A stretch of DNA of 57,597 bases. Source: a virus (taxonomy: Duplodnaviria > Caudoviricetes). Location of the stretch: IMG/VR virus record IMGVR_UViG_3300037119_000577, positions 1 to 57,597 of that record. One strand, written 5' to 3'. This document shows positions 27,766 to 37,678 of this stretch, in pieces. A model generated the notes under the pieces. It was not told where the DNA came from. It did not search any database and saw only the letters and a program-made list of their open reading frames with translations. Position numbers and translations under genes: made by a program. Positions within the stretch are counted from its first letter, which is position 1; each line of letters starts with the position of its first letter.

Positions 27766-28817
27766 TACACGATACCTTTGTAATTCAGGTACGCGGTGAA
27801 ATCGCCCGAGCCCGACGTTGCGGTATATACGAGGCGGAACCAGAGATAGTAGACATCTGAGACGTTCCAGAACTGGGAACCAGATCCAGCAACCGCTGTC
27901 GACGAGCCCGTAATATCGACCCACACCGCGTTCGGGTCCGCCATCTGAGCGGGGGTAAGGTCACCGACGTTATCGAGTTCGGCGTTATTCGACGCTTGGA
28001 GTTTGAACGCGCCAACCAGGGCCGTAGTGTCGATGGTCTGAGTGCCCGTGCCGAAGTCAGTAATATCGATCACCGGGACGCCCGCAATAGCGTTAGCGTA
28101 AGACGTCGCTAGCTTAATAGTGTCCACGTCGATCTTAATGACATAATAGTCCGTAGCGACCAACAGAGGTGCCGGAAGGGCCGACGATGTCGTGAAGCGG
28201 ACCTTGAGGCCGGTAACCAGACCGTGGGCGGTTTTGGTGATCGTGTTTGCGGTCGGGTTGACGGCCGTAGCGACGCCGCCAGTGGTCTGAACGCCTGCAA
28301 TAGAACCGGCGCCCGAGTCGTTAAGATTATGGGGGACCGGGTTGGTCGTTGGGCCGCGAACGGTTTGCGTCAACAGCATCGTACCGTCGGCCGCAGTGTC
28401 GTCCGTGGTGACCGACGCTGTAAAGCCGGTGAGAGTATTAAAAGCCGTCTCAAACCGCGCCGCAACTTCGGCAGCCGTAGTGTCTGCACTGACATTGGCT
28501 TTAACTTTGAAGGACGCAGCAACGTATGCCGCGCCCGTGGGGGCGATCGAGGTGCCCGTTTTGTCGGCGTACACCGCGAACGACGTGCCCGCCTGGTTGT
28601 AGACGACGATATAATCGCGGTCCGTGAGACCCACAAACGCGGGGAACGTGAGCGTTTGGACCTCGAGCACGCCCGAAAGGAACGTCGGGTCCGTGGGCGT
28701 GGTGTCCGTCCATGAGGCGCAAATTGAGTACCCTTCGATTGACTCAACCTTAACGGGGTTACCGTTGAAGGACGTGAGCAACGAGCCGCCCGAATCTACG
28801 CGTTTACCGAATTTCAT
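27765..28817 (-). CDS. Virion structural protein
   Basis: T/A/G-rich; contains LPAPL..TDYYVI..KLATS module. Confidence 0.7.
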   Translation of the reverse strand: MKFGKRVDSGGSLLTSFNGNPVKVESIEGYSICASWTDTTPTDPTFLSGVLEVQTLTFPAFVGLTDRDYIVVYNQAGTSFAVYADKTGTSIAPTGAAYVAASFKVKANVSADTTAAEVAARFETAFNTLTGFTASVTTDDTAADGTMLLTQTVRGPTTNPVPHNLNDSGAGSIAGVQTTGGVATAVNPTANTITKTAHGLVTGLKVRFTTSSALPAPLLVATDYYVIKIDVDTIKLATSYANAIAGVPVIDITDFGTGTQTIDTTALVGAFKLQASNNAELDNVGDLTPAQMADPNAVWVDITGSSTAVAGSGSQFWNVSDVYYLWFRLVYTATSGSGDFTAYLNYKGIV

Positions 28818-31693
28818 TAAGAGTCTCCGTATTTACCTTCTGAAACTTTAGTGGCCTCAGTCGCCACCGCAGTCATTGGGTCAAGTTTAAGTTTCGACTT
28901 AGGTCGTTTGGTTTGCTGGGATGCCTGAGCGCCTTGATCCTGGTCCGCGAACAAGTTCTGCATTTCCGCAATGAACTCGGGCTGCAGCGTATAGTCCGTT
29001 GGTATATCAAAGATGGCACTTAATGTTAACTTTGCTTGATAAGGTACTTCTGATCCCTTGTCTAATATACCATCCATAACCCTACGTTGCAAGCGGGCAA
29101 ACAGGTCGGGGTGAACGACTTTAAGTGCTTCGGTCTCTTCGGGGGTCACGGTGCCGTCGGCAATTTTATCAATAACTTGGAGGGGCTGATCGACCGCATT
29201 AACATACCGCATAAACGTCTCAAACTCTTGGTTCGACGGGGTCCACTTCGACGAGCCGAACGGCGACACCGCGAGGGTCGTATCTTGAGGTATCTTTGAC
29301 TGCAAAAAGCCCGCGGCCGTTGCGAGGCGGGACTGAATTTCCAACTTTAGGGCCGGCATCCCTTGAACACCCGCGGTCGCGTCCGCTAGAGAATTCGCCA
29401 TATAATCCGGATCTTGCATCCGAGGGAGAACTTTAGCAATCTTCTCAAAGCGTTGCAGGCGTTCGGTGGGGGACAGGGATTTAACAGCGGAAACCGTCGT
29501 TAAACGTTTCGCGGGAGCGGCCGTCAGTGAATCAATAACCCGGTCCGACGCTTTAGCGAACAGAGCGGCGCCGCGTGAAGCAACTCCGTCGATTGTCGCT
29601 AAAGTTTGTATAGCTTTAACGGGGGTCATAGCGGTAGTCGCCCCATTCGCGAGCGCCGCGCCGATGGGGCCTCCGATTTTGCCGCCGATGAAAGTCGCCG
29701 CGGTCCTGCCGATGGGCGCCTGAACGTCAAGCTCTTGAAGGCGCTGAAACGCCGCCATCTTATCGCGCAAGGGGAGCAGCTTTTCCATGGCGGCAACATC
29801 TTTACCCATCGCACGCTGGAACAGGATAGCTGCGGAAAACGGGTCAACGCCTTCTGTACTCTTAAGTATGTCCGACGCTTTCCGGACGTCCTCGAGTTTA
29901 GACATAATGTCGCCCCGCTTGGGCGTCAGTAGCTTAAAGATCTCGTCCATGTCGCCGAGGGACACGTTCCCGTCGACCGACCGGCCGATACTCTGCGATA
30001 TCTTATCTTTAGCCTGTTTTAAAATTGCCTGGCGCTCTTGGAACGTCCCAACCTTGGATTGAAATTTCGCCAGCTCCGGAGCGTAGTCCGCCAAGTTCTC
30101 GAGCATGGGCCGAATGGCGGCGAACTTCTCTGGGGACGCTAGAATCGATCCGAGATGCTTAAAGTTGGCGTCTTTGATCGTCGATGAAACGGCGGAATGG
30201 AGAGCGTCCATGCCGTCCTGTGGGCGGATCACATTCTCGTAGAGAGCGGTGAGATTTTCGTCCTTGGAGCTGCGGACCATGTCGTCAAGGTCGGCGCGAA
30301 ATTTTTGGGCGTACTCCGCGACCTGGGGCCGAGACTCGATCTGACGGGAGATATTGCGGAAGTCCTTGAACGCCGCCATCTCGTCGGAAAGGCTCAAATC
30401 AGATTTGGCAAACTTGGCCTGAAGATGGTCCTTAAGCTCGCGAACGGTCGAATTGGTCTTAGTACCCGGAACCTTCTCCAGGTCGCCGATCAGCTTTTGC
30501 ACGCGGCTTTCAAGGGCATCGAGCTGCGCCGGGGGCATACCGACGTACTCGGGAACGGCTATCGCCGAATCAAACCTCTGCGAAGCCAATTCAGTGCGCG
30601 CTGCCAAATCGTCAAGGGCCTGACGCATGTCCCCACCCGCGGCCTCCAAGCCTTGAGTAACTTCAGCTTGAGCTTGCTTCGGTAACGTTTTGAACTTGGA
30701 TACCAACTCCCCTTCGGCACGCTTAGTTTGCGAAAGGTAGTTGGCGTGCGCGGCTTCGGCGTCTCGGACGTATCTTTGGGCTTCACCGGGGGCACCCTCC
30801 TTGATGAGGCGCATGGCTTCGGGACTAGAGGCTAAGTCTTTAAAGAGTAACCCGGCCTCCTTCTCCCCCGCAAGGGAGAGGACCGCTTTCCCCGCGGAAC
30901 CCGCGCCGGACCGCATTGCTGAACGTACGATATCAGAGGTCTTCTCGACGATCTTTGATACTTTCTGTTTAATGAAGGGAGATACGGTTTCGACACCCGC
31001 GAAGGCACCCCCGAGCGCCCCGCCGATCAAGGCCCCGGTTCCGATATGGCTGATCATATTATCGAGGACTTCTTTACGGTCCCCGAGAGCGGCTTCCGAA
31101 ACACCCTGATCAAAGCCGAACGTCGCACCTTCCGCGGCCGAAGCGAGTACTTTGGGGGCAATCCGGCTCACGACGTTCGCGGCCTGGGTAGACGTTTTCA
31201 CGACCTTACCAACCGCGGATATAGGGTTCGGAGCTATGAGACCGGCGATCTCTCCGACCGTGGTCGCGACCGGATTCTCCGTCTTAATGTCGGAAGAAAG
31301 TTGGCGAGCCTCGTCCTCGGTAACTTGGCCCCCGGAAAAGGTCTCCGCGAGCTTGGGGGCGACGATGTCCGACGCGCCCAAGGTCATGGTACGAAGGGCA
31401 CCCGCAGCGGCGGCGGCAACCGGGGTATTCGCGGCATCGCGGCGGATCGCGGCGGCCTGATCGGCGTTACTTTGGTTCTTGTCGGCCTGAGTGGCCCACC
31501 GGAAATCGTTCTTGGTGAACGCCTCGTGCGCCCGGGACGAATCGAGGTCCATCAGCTCCCCTGTGGGGGCGACCGACGGAATACTAATACCTTGTTCGAA
31601 CGTGTAATTGCCCGACCGAACGGCCGAATCTACTTGGTCGTCCGGTACTTCAACCCACGTTTTCGTTGAATGGTCGTATAGTTTTGCCGACAT
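28817..31693 (-). CDS. Large internal virion (ejection) protein
   Basis: 958 aa Ala-rich helical protein with Gly-rich hydrophobic segments; podovirus gene position. Confidence 0.65.
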   Translation of the reverse strand: MSAKLYDHSTKTWVEVPDDQVDSAVRSGNYTFEQGISIPSVAPTGELMDLDSSRAHEAFTKNDFRWATQADKNQSNADQAAAIRRDAANTPVAAAAAGALRTMTLGASDIVAPKLAETFSGGQVTEDEARQLSSDIKTENPVATTVGEIAGLIAPNPISAVGKVVKTSTQAANVVSRIAPKVLASAAEGATFGFDQGVSEAALGDRKEVLDNMISHIGTGALIGGALGGAFAGVETVSPFIKQKVSKIVEKTSDIVRSAMRSGAGSAGKAVLSLAGEKEAGLLFKDLASSPEAMRLIKEGAPGEAQRYVRDAEAAHANYLSQTKRAEGELVSKFKTLPKQAQAEVTQGLEAAGGDMRQALDDLAARTELASQRFDSAIAVPEYVGMPPAQLDALESRVQKLIGDLEKVPGTKTNSTVRELKDHLQAKFAKSDLSLSDEMAAFKDFRNISRQIESRPQVAEYAQKFRADLDDMVRSSKDENLTALYENVIRPQDGMDALHSAVSSTIKDANFKHLGSILASPEKFAAIRPMLENLADYAPELAKFQSKVGTFQERQAILKQAKDKISQSIGRSVDGNVSLGDMDEIFKLLTPKRGDIMSKLEDVRKASDILKSTEGVDPFSAAILFQRAMGKDVAAMEKLLPLRDKMAAFQRLQELDVQAPIGRTAATFIGGKIGGPIGAALANGATTAMTPVKAIQTLATIDGVASRGAALFAKASDRVIDSLTAAPAKRLTTVSAVKSLSPTERLQRFEKIAKVLPRMQDPDYMANSLADATAGVQGMPALKLEIQSRLATAAGFLQSKIPQDTTLAVSPFGSSKWTPSNQEFETFMRYVNAVDQPLQVIDKIADGTVTPEETEALKVVHPDLFARLQRRVMDGILDKGSEVPYQAKLTLSAIFDIPTDYTLQPEFIAEMQNLFADQDQGAQASQQTKRPKSKLKLDPMTAVATEATKVSEGKYGDS

Positions 31694-33327
31694 TACTTCT
31701 TCTTTTTAGATTGCTGCTTTTCCGTATACGTCTGCATATACGGCGACCGAGTAGTGGGAACCGTCAAAACTTCCTGCTGCGACATACGCTGATTGTACGC
31801 ACGCTTCGCCGACCCATCGAGCAGCACTTCCAACTTCGTTACCAACAATTCCGGATTGTCGGAATAGTCCGCGATAGCCTTCGCACCACGAATCGCTTCT
31901 TGGGGAGACAGTACGCCGCCGTACAGTTCGTTAAGACGGGCGTTTGCAATTTCCGAAACTCGCGCCCGGAACGCTTCCGACTTGGGATCGGCGTTGCTGC
32001 CCAAGGACTGCAAGGCCTTCGCCTTAATGTCCGACAGGAGACCGGCCTTATTCGGATCCGCTTTGATGTCCTTGATCAACGCGTCGATCTGGTCCAACTG
32101 CGTTTCGCTGTTGACCATCTTCTCCATAGACGTCGCGTTCTGGACTTCTTTCGGCTTACTGACGATAACCTGAGGCTTCGTGGTCTGGAGGACTTCGGAA
32201 AGCTCCATATTGTACCGCGCCTGTTTCTCTTGAACCCCGGCAAGCCCCTGTGCCAACGACATCTTTTGTGCATCGTTGGTAGCTCGTCCGATGGCCGACT
32301 CGTACTCTCCGGCAATTTTCTGCAAAGCCATCTCTTTGGTAGCTAGACGGGCCGCGCGCTCATCCCCTGTAGCCTGGAGGAAATCCTGGTACGCGGTCCG
32401 CTCGGCGTCGAGTTCCCGGCCCCGCTGATTAATGTTGGCCTTTTGTTGGTCGATGTCCCGGTCAATTGTTTTGTCGATAATATCCCACGCGGGATTACCG
32501 GCACGCCCTTGAAGAGCCATACCCATGCCGCCGAGCGCCATCGCGACAGTCGCAAGTAGCTTGTCGCCCGTCGATGCGTCGTTCCACATCCGGCGCGAGT
32601 CGACCGTGAGGCCGTTGTACTCGTCCTTTTTGGCTTGATATTGAGAGAGTCGCTCCGCTTTGGCTTTGTCTTCCTCGTGCCGCTGTTGAAGCTCGGTATC
32701 GATGAACTTAGCGTTCTCGAGGGTAAGCCGATCCGCTTGAGTCTGCTTAGCAGTCGATAGGGCGGCCTCGGCGTCCATATGGGCCTTGTAGGCGCCGATT
32801 TCGGAAACTTGGGCCTCGTGGGACGCTTTCATCTCTTTGTCGCCGTATAGCTTTCTTTGAGTCTCCGTAATGTCGACCGTCTGAGGCCCTTGTGCCGATT
32901 GGGGGGATTCCGCAGCGGGACTGGGGACGGGAACGGCCTCGCCACCTTCCATAGGCTGAACGGTCTTCGGCTCGGCGCGAACGGGGGCCGATTGGGGGAC
33001 GATTGGGGGTTGAACGGGGGTCGATTGGGGGTCCGAAGCGAACATCGTTCGCATATTCTCAGCGGGCGTGGGGACCTGCTTAGCGGCATCGGCGACGGCG
33101 CTACCGACGGCCTTCGCGCCCGACGCAATCGACGAACCGAAATCCGCCCACTCCTTCAGGCTTTTCTGATCTTCCGAGGGGGCCGCGACACCAAGAGACC
33201 GAAGAACCGGACCGTGCTCCGGGATATCCGGATAGAACGGCGCGGTGCCGTGCTCGGTCTCCACGACGTAATACGGCTTCCCGGTATTCGGGTCGGTTTG
33301 TGGATTAGGATCAGCTAAACGCGCCAT
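31693..33327 (-). CDS. Internal virion (ejection) protein
   Basis: 544 aa coiled-coil with one hydrophobic segment. Confidence 0.6.
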   Translation of the reverse strand: MARLADPNPQTDPNTGKPYYVVETEHGTAPFYPDIPEHGPVLRSLGVAAPSEDQKSLKEWADFGSSIASGAKAVGSAVADAAKQVPTPAENMRTMFASDPQSTPVQPPIVPQSAPVRAEPKTVQPMEGGEAVPVPSPAAESPQSAQGPQTVDITETQRKLYGDKEMKASHEAQVSEIGAYKAHMDAEAALSTAKQTQADRLTLENAKFIDTELQQRHEEDKAKAERLSQYQAKKDEYNGLTVDSRRMWNDASTGDKLLATVAMALGGMGMALQGRAGNPAWDIIDKTIDRDIDQQKANINQRGRELDAERTAYQDFLQATGDERAARLATKEMALQKIAGEYESAIGRATNDAQKMSLAQGLAGVQEKQARYNMELSEVLQTTKPQVIVSKPKEVQNATSMEKMVNSETQLDQIDALIKDIKADPNKAGLLSDIKAKALQSLGSNADPKSEAFRARVSEIANARLNELYGGVLSPQEAIRGAKAIADYSDNPELLVTKLEVLLDGSAKRAYNQRMSQQEVLTVPTTRSPYMQTYTEKQQSKKKK

Positions 33328-34394
33328 TATTTCATTCCGTTATTAGAGCCGCTAGCGGCCACGTTTCCTTCGCCAGAGCCCGCGACGGAGGAGTAGCCGT
33401 CGGGCTGAGCTGCACCGTTTCCAGTGTTACTCGCCAATTTCGCACCGGCCTGGTTGCCGACGGCGGCCCCTGCAGGACCCCCGAAATACGCCCCTAAAAT
33501 CGTCCCGCCAGTTGACATCAATCCACCGAGCATATTAGCGCCGCGATCTTTTGCCGCCTGGTCTCCTTGGTACCGGATCCTATCAACTTCAATTGCCGCC
33601 ATCTGGTTCGCGCGCTGAGCGTCTATTCCCATAGCGGCGTACTTGGCGACCAGATCGTTATACTGCATCGCCATCTGCTGATTAAGCTGAGCCTGGGACT
33701 GCATCTGTTGAATACCGCCCTGATATCCCGCTAAATTGGCTTGCTGATGAAGACTCGCCTGAGCTTGCGCCAACCCGATATCTTGCTCCCGACCCTGACC
33801 TGCGACTTGACCAAGCGTAGCCTGGGATTGCTGCATTTCGGCCAACTTGGCTAGCGCTGCATCCCGAGACGTTTTTGCGGCTAAGTCCGACGATGTCGCC
33901 ATAGTCTGACGGGCCAATAGAGGATTAGCCCCACCCCGGGCCGATGCCAATTGGGCGAACGTTGCTGCCTGATTCGTATCTTGGGCCTGCTTAAGAGCCA
34001 GGTCGGAAACAAACTGACCTTGCCCCGACGCCCGCTCCGCTAGCTGCTTTGCAAGATTGTCCTGATATCCGCGAAACTGACCTTGGGCCAACGTATTAAT
34101 GTGCGCACCAGTAGGGCCTGCCAGTGCAATATCGCCCGTACTCAGACGCCCACCCGCGAACCCCGCAGGATTAACCGCGCCAGGACCCTGCACTTGAAGC
34201 GGATTACTGGGGTTGGGGCCCGATCCGCCGCCTAAAGCGTTCTTAGCTTCATCTGTAATACCCTCGAACTTGTCCTTATTAGAACGCCAGTCCTCCCGCC
34301 AAACGTCGCCCGTAGCATAATCCGACGCCGCCCCGCCCAGATTTCCAGACTTGGCTTTATTAACCGCCTTCGTCGTACCTTCCATCCAAGCCAT
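33327..34394 (-). CDS. DNA pilot/ejection protein
   Basis: Q/A/G-rich; glycine zipper GGTILGAYFGGPAGAAVG. Confidence 0.65.
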   Translation of the reverse strand: MAWMEGTTKAVNKAKSGNLGGAASDYATGDVWREDWRSNKDKFEGITDEAKNALGGGSGPNPSNPLQVQGPGAVNPAGFAGGRLSTGDIALAGPTGAHINTLAQGQFRGYQDNLAKQLAERASGQGQFVSDLALKQAQDTNQAATFAQLASARGGANPLLARQTMATSSDLAAKTSRDAALAKLAEMQQSQATLGQVAGQGREQDIGLAQAQASLHQQANLAGYQGGIQQMQSQAQLNQQMAMQYNDLVAKYAAMGIDAQRANQMAAIEVDRIRYQGDQAAKDRGANMLGGLMSTGGTILGAYFGGPAGAAVGNQAGAKLASNTGNGAAQPDGYSSVAGSGEGNVAASGSNNGMK

Positions 34395-37300
34395 TACAGA
34401 CTCCCGATGCGCTTCGAACCGCGCATTTTATTAATAGTCGACTTCAGGCCCACTTCCAAAGTTAGCCCGACCAAATTAAACGACCCGCCGCCTTCGAGCA
34501 CCTGATTATCAAGATCTTCGATGCGGAATTTCATGGATTCACATTTTTGCTTGCGGGGTTTGGACGAGAACTGATAGACACCCGACCCACTTCCCCCGTA
34601 AACGGTTGAATCCCCGTACGTTGGATCATCTCCATAATACGACAGATCTAACCCCTCGTCAACATTGAAGTAGACCGTTTCGGTGAAAGCCTCTTCGTAA
34701 TCGTAGGCTAGCTTTACCCTGGTAATATGGTCACTTACAAAGTCGCCTAAAAATGCATAACGGTAAACGCGCTGATATCCTTGGAGTTGCGCGAACGCCA
34801 ACCAGGACGTCTCAATCGCCATCTTAATCTTGCGGCCCGCATCGAGGTATCCGGTAGACTCGGCGCGCACCGATCCGTCGGACTTAAGATGGTGGTAAAC
34901 GCCAAACACGTTAATGGCGGAAACCGCCTCGTAATTAGTGAACGTCGACCACTGATCAAAGAAGTAGTTGTAAACGAGGGCTTGGCCGGTCGATGTGGTA
35001 AACCGGACCTCATTATTGTCCGCCAAAATCGCCGCGGACGTAACTGTAAGACTATTGAAGTTCTCAACCGGAGCGCCTACATACGTGACCGACAAAGACC
35101 GGTCAAGTAGGTAGATGCCCTTGTCGGACTTAAACATGGTGCCCGTAGGCGTAATCGCGATCGACTCGGGCTGCCGACAACCGGTATCAGAGGCCACAAG
35201 GTACGGCGCAAAGTAATCGGTCTGTTGGCCGGTATCGAGGGGCCCGTCGCCCGACAAGGTAAAGATCCGGTCCTCTTTAAAGATGATCAACTTATCGTCA
35301 AGAACGCCGAGCGCGGTAATTGGCCCGCCCCGGGGGTCGACTTGGATAATGAACGCGTCGGAGAAAGCCACACCTTCGCCGGACACGAACTCCTTGGAGT
35401 AGGCGATCTGATTCGGGTCCTCGAGACCGGCAAGAAACAGTCGGTTCTTATGCTTGAGGACTATAGATCCCGACGGAGGGGCGATGTTATCAAGTACTCC
35501 CCCAGTCGTGTAAAGAACGGCTTTGGTTGCCAGAACGGCGTCCGACTGAGTTAGACTGATCGTAAGGGTGTCCACGGTCGGGTCATTGGTGACGTCGTTG
35601 TCCCGATAAAGGACTTCGACTCCACCTGCGAGGGACCGGTAAACGACGATCTTGCAGTCGGCACGGTCCCCGGTCTTTTGGGTCAAACGTAGGGTGGGGA
35701 CGGTAACCGCGATGTACCCGTTGGCCGCAACCACGATTTGCGCCTTGATACCCGCGGCGGACTGATGGATCTGTCCTTGAGCGTCGATCCACTCATACAC
35801 GGCGGTATACCGGTAGGTGCCCGACGATAATGCGGAAGATGGGTCCACGATGGTATGAACGCCCGTGCCCTGAGTGGTGATATTGATCGCGGTCCCGGCC
35901 TGCGCGTTAACTAAAGATGTCGCCAGCTTAAAGGGGCCGTTAAAAACGGGGATAACGTAATAGTCGGTCGCCGCCGCGAGAGGGGCCGGGAGACCGCCGG
36001 TCGTGGTGAGTCGGATGACTTTGCCGACCGTGTAACCGGTGTCCTTGGCGATCGAGTCGTCCGTGGTGTCAACGTCGGCGGGCAGGAAGGTTATCGGGGA
36101 AACCGCCGAGAATCCTTCGGGAAAAATATTGAAGCCCAACTCGGTCAGGGAGACCCCGTCGTACGCGCCTACGATACCGGACCCGACATGGAGATTTTGG
36201 CCGAGCTGATCGGAATACATCGTCGCGGCGTCAAATGTTACATTGTATCGCTGAACACCATACGACGCTGCCACCACGGTACCGTCCAGATCCGCAGCCA
36301 ACCGGTTCGTGATTTGACCTACGATTGCGCGGTTATCGCCCACAACGTCGAAGGACGAGAGACCCGACCGGAGGGTGCGCGCAGTGTTTACGGTCCTAGT
36401 GAGACCGCCGCCGACACCGGGGGACATTTTGCCGACAATGAGGCCGTCGTCGCGGATAATGAAATAGGTGGACTGCAGCGTCGACTCATGAGAAACCGTC
36501 ACGTAAACGTAGGGCCCGACCATAGTGGGCTTGGAATAGAGGCCCACAGATCGAGCGAAGACCGCGGGGACTCCAGTGGACAGAGTATTAAGGATAGGGG
36601 TGTAAGTGGCGGCCCCCATCTTAACATAGTGATTTTTAACCTGAGACGCGGACACTTCGTAAAAGACCGTGTACGTCCCGTCTCCCGCCGACGCGCAACC
36701 GACGTTCCGCACCAGGGCCAAGGTTTCAAAGTCGTCGTCATCCTGAAAAAGGAAGGCGGTGTCCGTCGCGAGTACGCCCACTTTATTGATGTACGTGCCC
36801 GAGGAGGCGTGGAAGGTAACCATGATCGTATCGAGGACGGCATCGGCGACAATATTGATGCAAGTCAGGGCGTCGAAGTCCGTCGCGGAACCGAAAGTGA
36901 TCGCCGAGGGCATACCGTTCGTACCCGAGCCTACCGCGCCCTCGGAATTGAATTGCGCGACCTTAATTTGGCCGCCCGTGGTGACGTAAGTGAGGGCGGC
37001 CTTAACCGTAATGGGACAAATGTCGAACGGTAGCGCCGCGGCAACCCCGGAGCCAACTAGAGATCCCTCAAGGAAAAATTGAGTGGGGTCGGACGCGGAG
37101 ACGCGCGTATACTTGAGGGCGTTACCGACCAGGTAGACCATGATAATTTGGCCATTAATACCGACCACTTTAGGCCGAGACGCCGCAACATTAAGGGTAT
37201 GGTCGTATACTAAGGAAGAGCCGGAGGTTTCGTCGAAAATGGAGCAGTGGACCTGGGTGACCCCCGCGACATCGACTTCCCAAACGACGGCCGTTATACC

Positions 37301-37678
37301 GTTGGTATAAGCAATGTCCGCCATGCCCTGCACGAGCGAGTTCCGGATCGCGGGCGTGGATTGGATATTGACGGACGATATCGCCCCTTTGTCGATCCAA
37401 TTGTCGTTCGCAGGGGAGTGTGAGTAGATCTTTTCCGAGTTCATCAAAACCAGGTCGTCGTCAAGTAGGCCTAGACGAATTCCAGACTCGATTGAACTCC
37501 CGCCCACCACGTCACGGGACAAGGCGCTGAAACCGAAGCGCTTTTCGATCCGACCCAGCTTCCGACGCACACAATTTTCCAGGACCAGGAACCGACCTGG
37601 CACGGCAAGCTGCTTAGCCGACTTGGTGTCCAAGCCGCCAGCAAAAAGGACCGGAATTACCGAACGGGGTAGACTCAT
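34394..37678 (-). CDS. Tail nozzle / packaged-DNA stabilisation protein
   Basis: 1094 aa; GGLDTK start, NRLF, GPITAL, GC..P.SI, YNYFFDQWS propeller-type motifs. Confidence 0.75.
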   Translation of the reverse strand: MSLPRSVIPVLFAGGLDTKSAKQLAVPGRFLVLENCVRRKLGRIEKRFGFSALSRDVVGGSSIESGIRLGLLDDDLVLMNSEKIYSHSPANDNWIDKGAISSVNIQSTPAIRNSLVQGMADIAYTNGITAVVWEVDVAGVTQVHCSIFDETSGSSLVYDHTLNVAASRPKVVGINGQIIMVYLVGNALKYTRVSASDPTQFFLEGSLVGSGVAAALPFDICPITVKAALTYVTTGGQIKVAQFNSEGAVGSGTNGMPSAITFGSATDFDALTCINIVADAVLDTIMVTFHASSGTYINKVGVLATDTAFLFQDDDDFETLALVRNVGCASAGDGTYTVFYEVSASQVKNHYVKMGAATYTPILNTLSTGVPAVFARSVGLYSKPTMVGPYVYVTVSHESTLQSTYFIIRDDGLIVGKMSPGVGGGLTRTVNTARTLRSGLSSFDVVGDNRAIVGQITNRLAADLDGTVVAASYGVQRYNVTFDAATMYSDQLGQNLHVGSGIVGAYDGVSLTELGFNIFPEGFSAVSPITFLPADVDTTDDSIAKDTGYTVGKVIRLTTTGGLPAPLAAATDYYVIPVFNGPFKLATSLVNAQAGTAINITTQGTGVHTIVDPSSALSSGTYRYTAVYEWIDAQGQIHQSAAGIKAQIVVAANGYIAVTVPTLRLTQKTGDRADCKIVVYRSLAGGVEVLYRDNDVTNDPTVDTLTISLTQSDAVLATKAVLYTTGGVLDNIAPPSGSIVLKHKNRLFLAGLEDPNQIAYSKEFVSGEGVAFSDAFIIQVDPRGGPITALGVLDDKLIIFKEDRIFTLSGDGPLDTGQQTDYFAPYLVASDTGCRQPESIAITPTGTMFKSDKGIYLLDRSLSVTYVGAPVENFNSLTVTSAAILADNNEVRFTTSTGQALVYNYFFDQWSTFTNYEAVSAINVFGVYHHLKSDGSVRAESTGYLDAGRKIKMAIETSWLAFAQLQGYQRVYRYAFLGDFVSDHITRVKLAYDYEEAFTETVYFNVDEGLDLSYYGDDPTYGDSTVYGGSGSGVYQFSSKPRKQKCESMKFRIEDLDNQVLEGGGSFNLVGLTLEVGLKSTINKMRGSKRIGSL

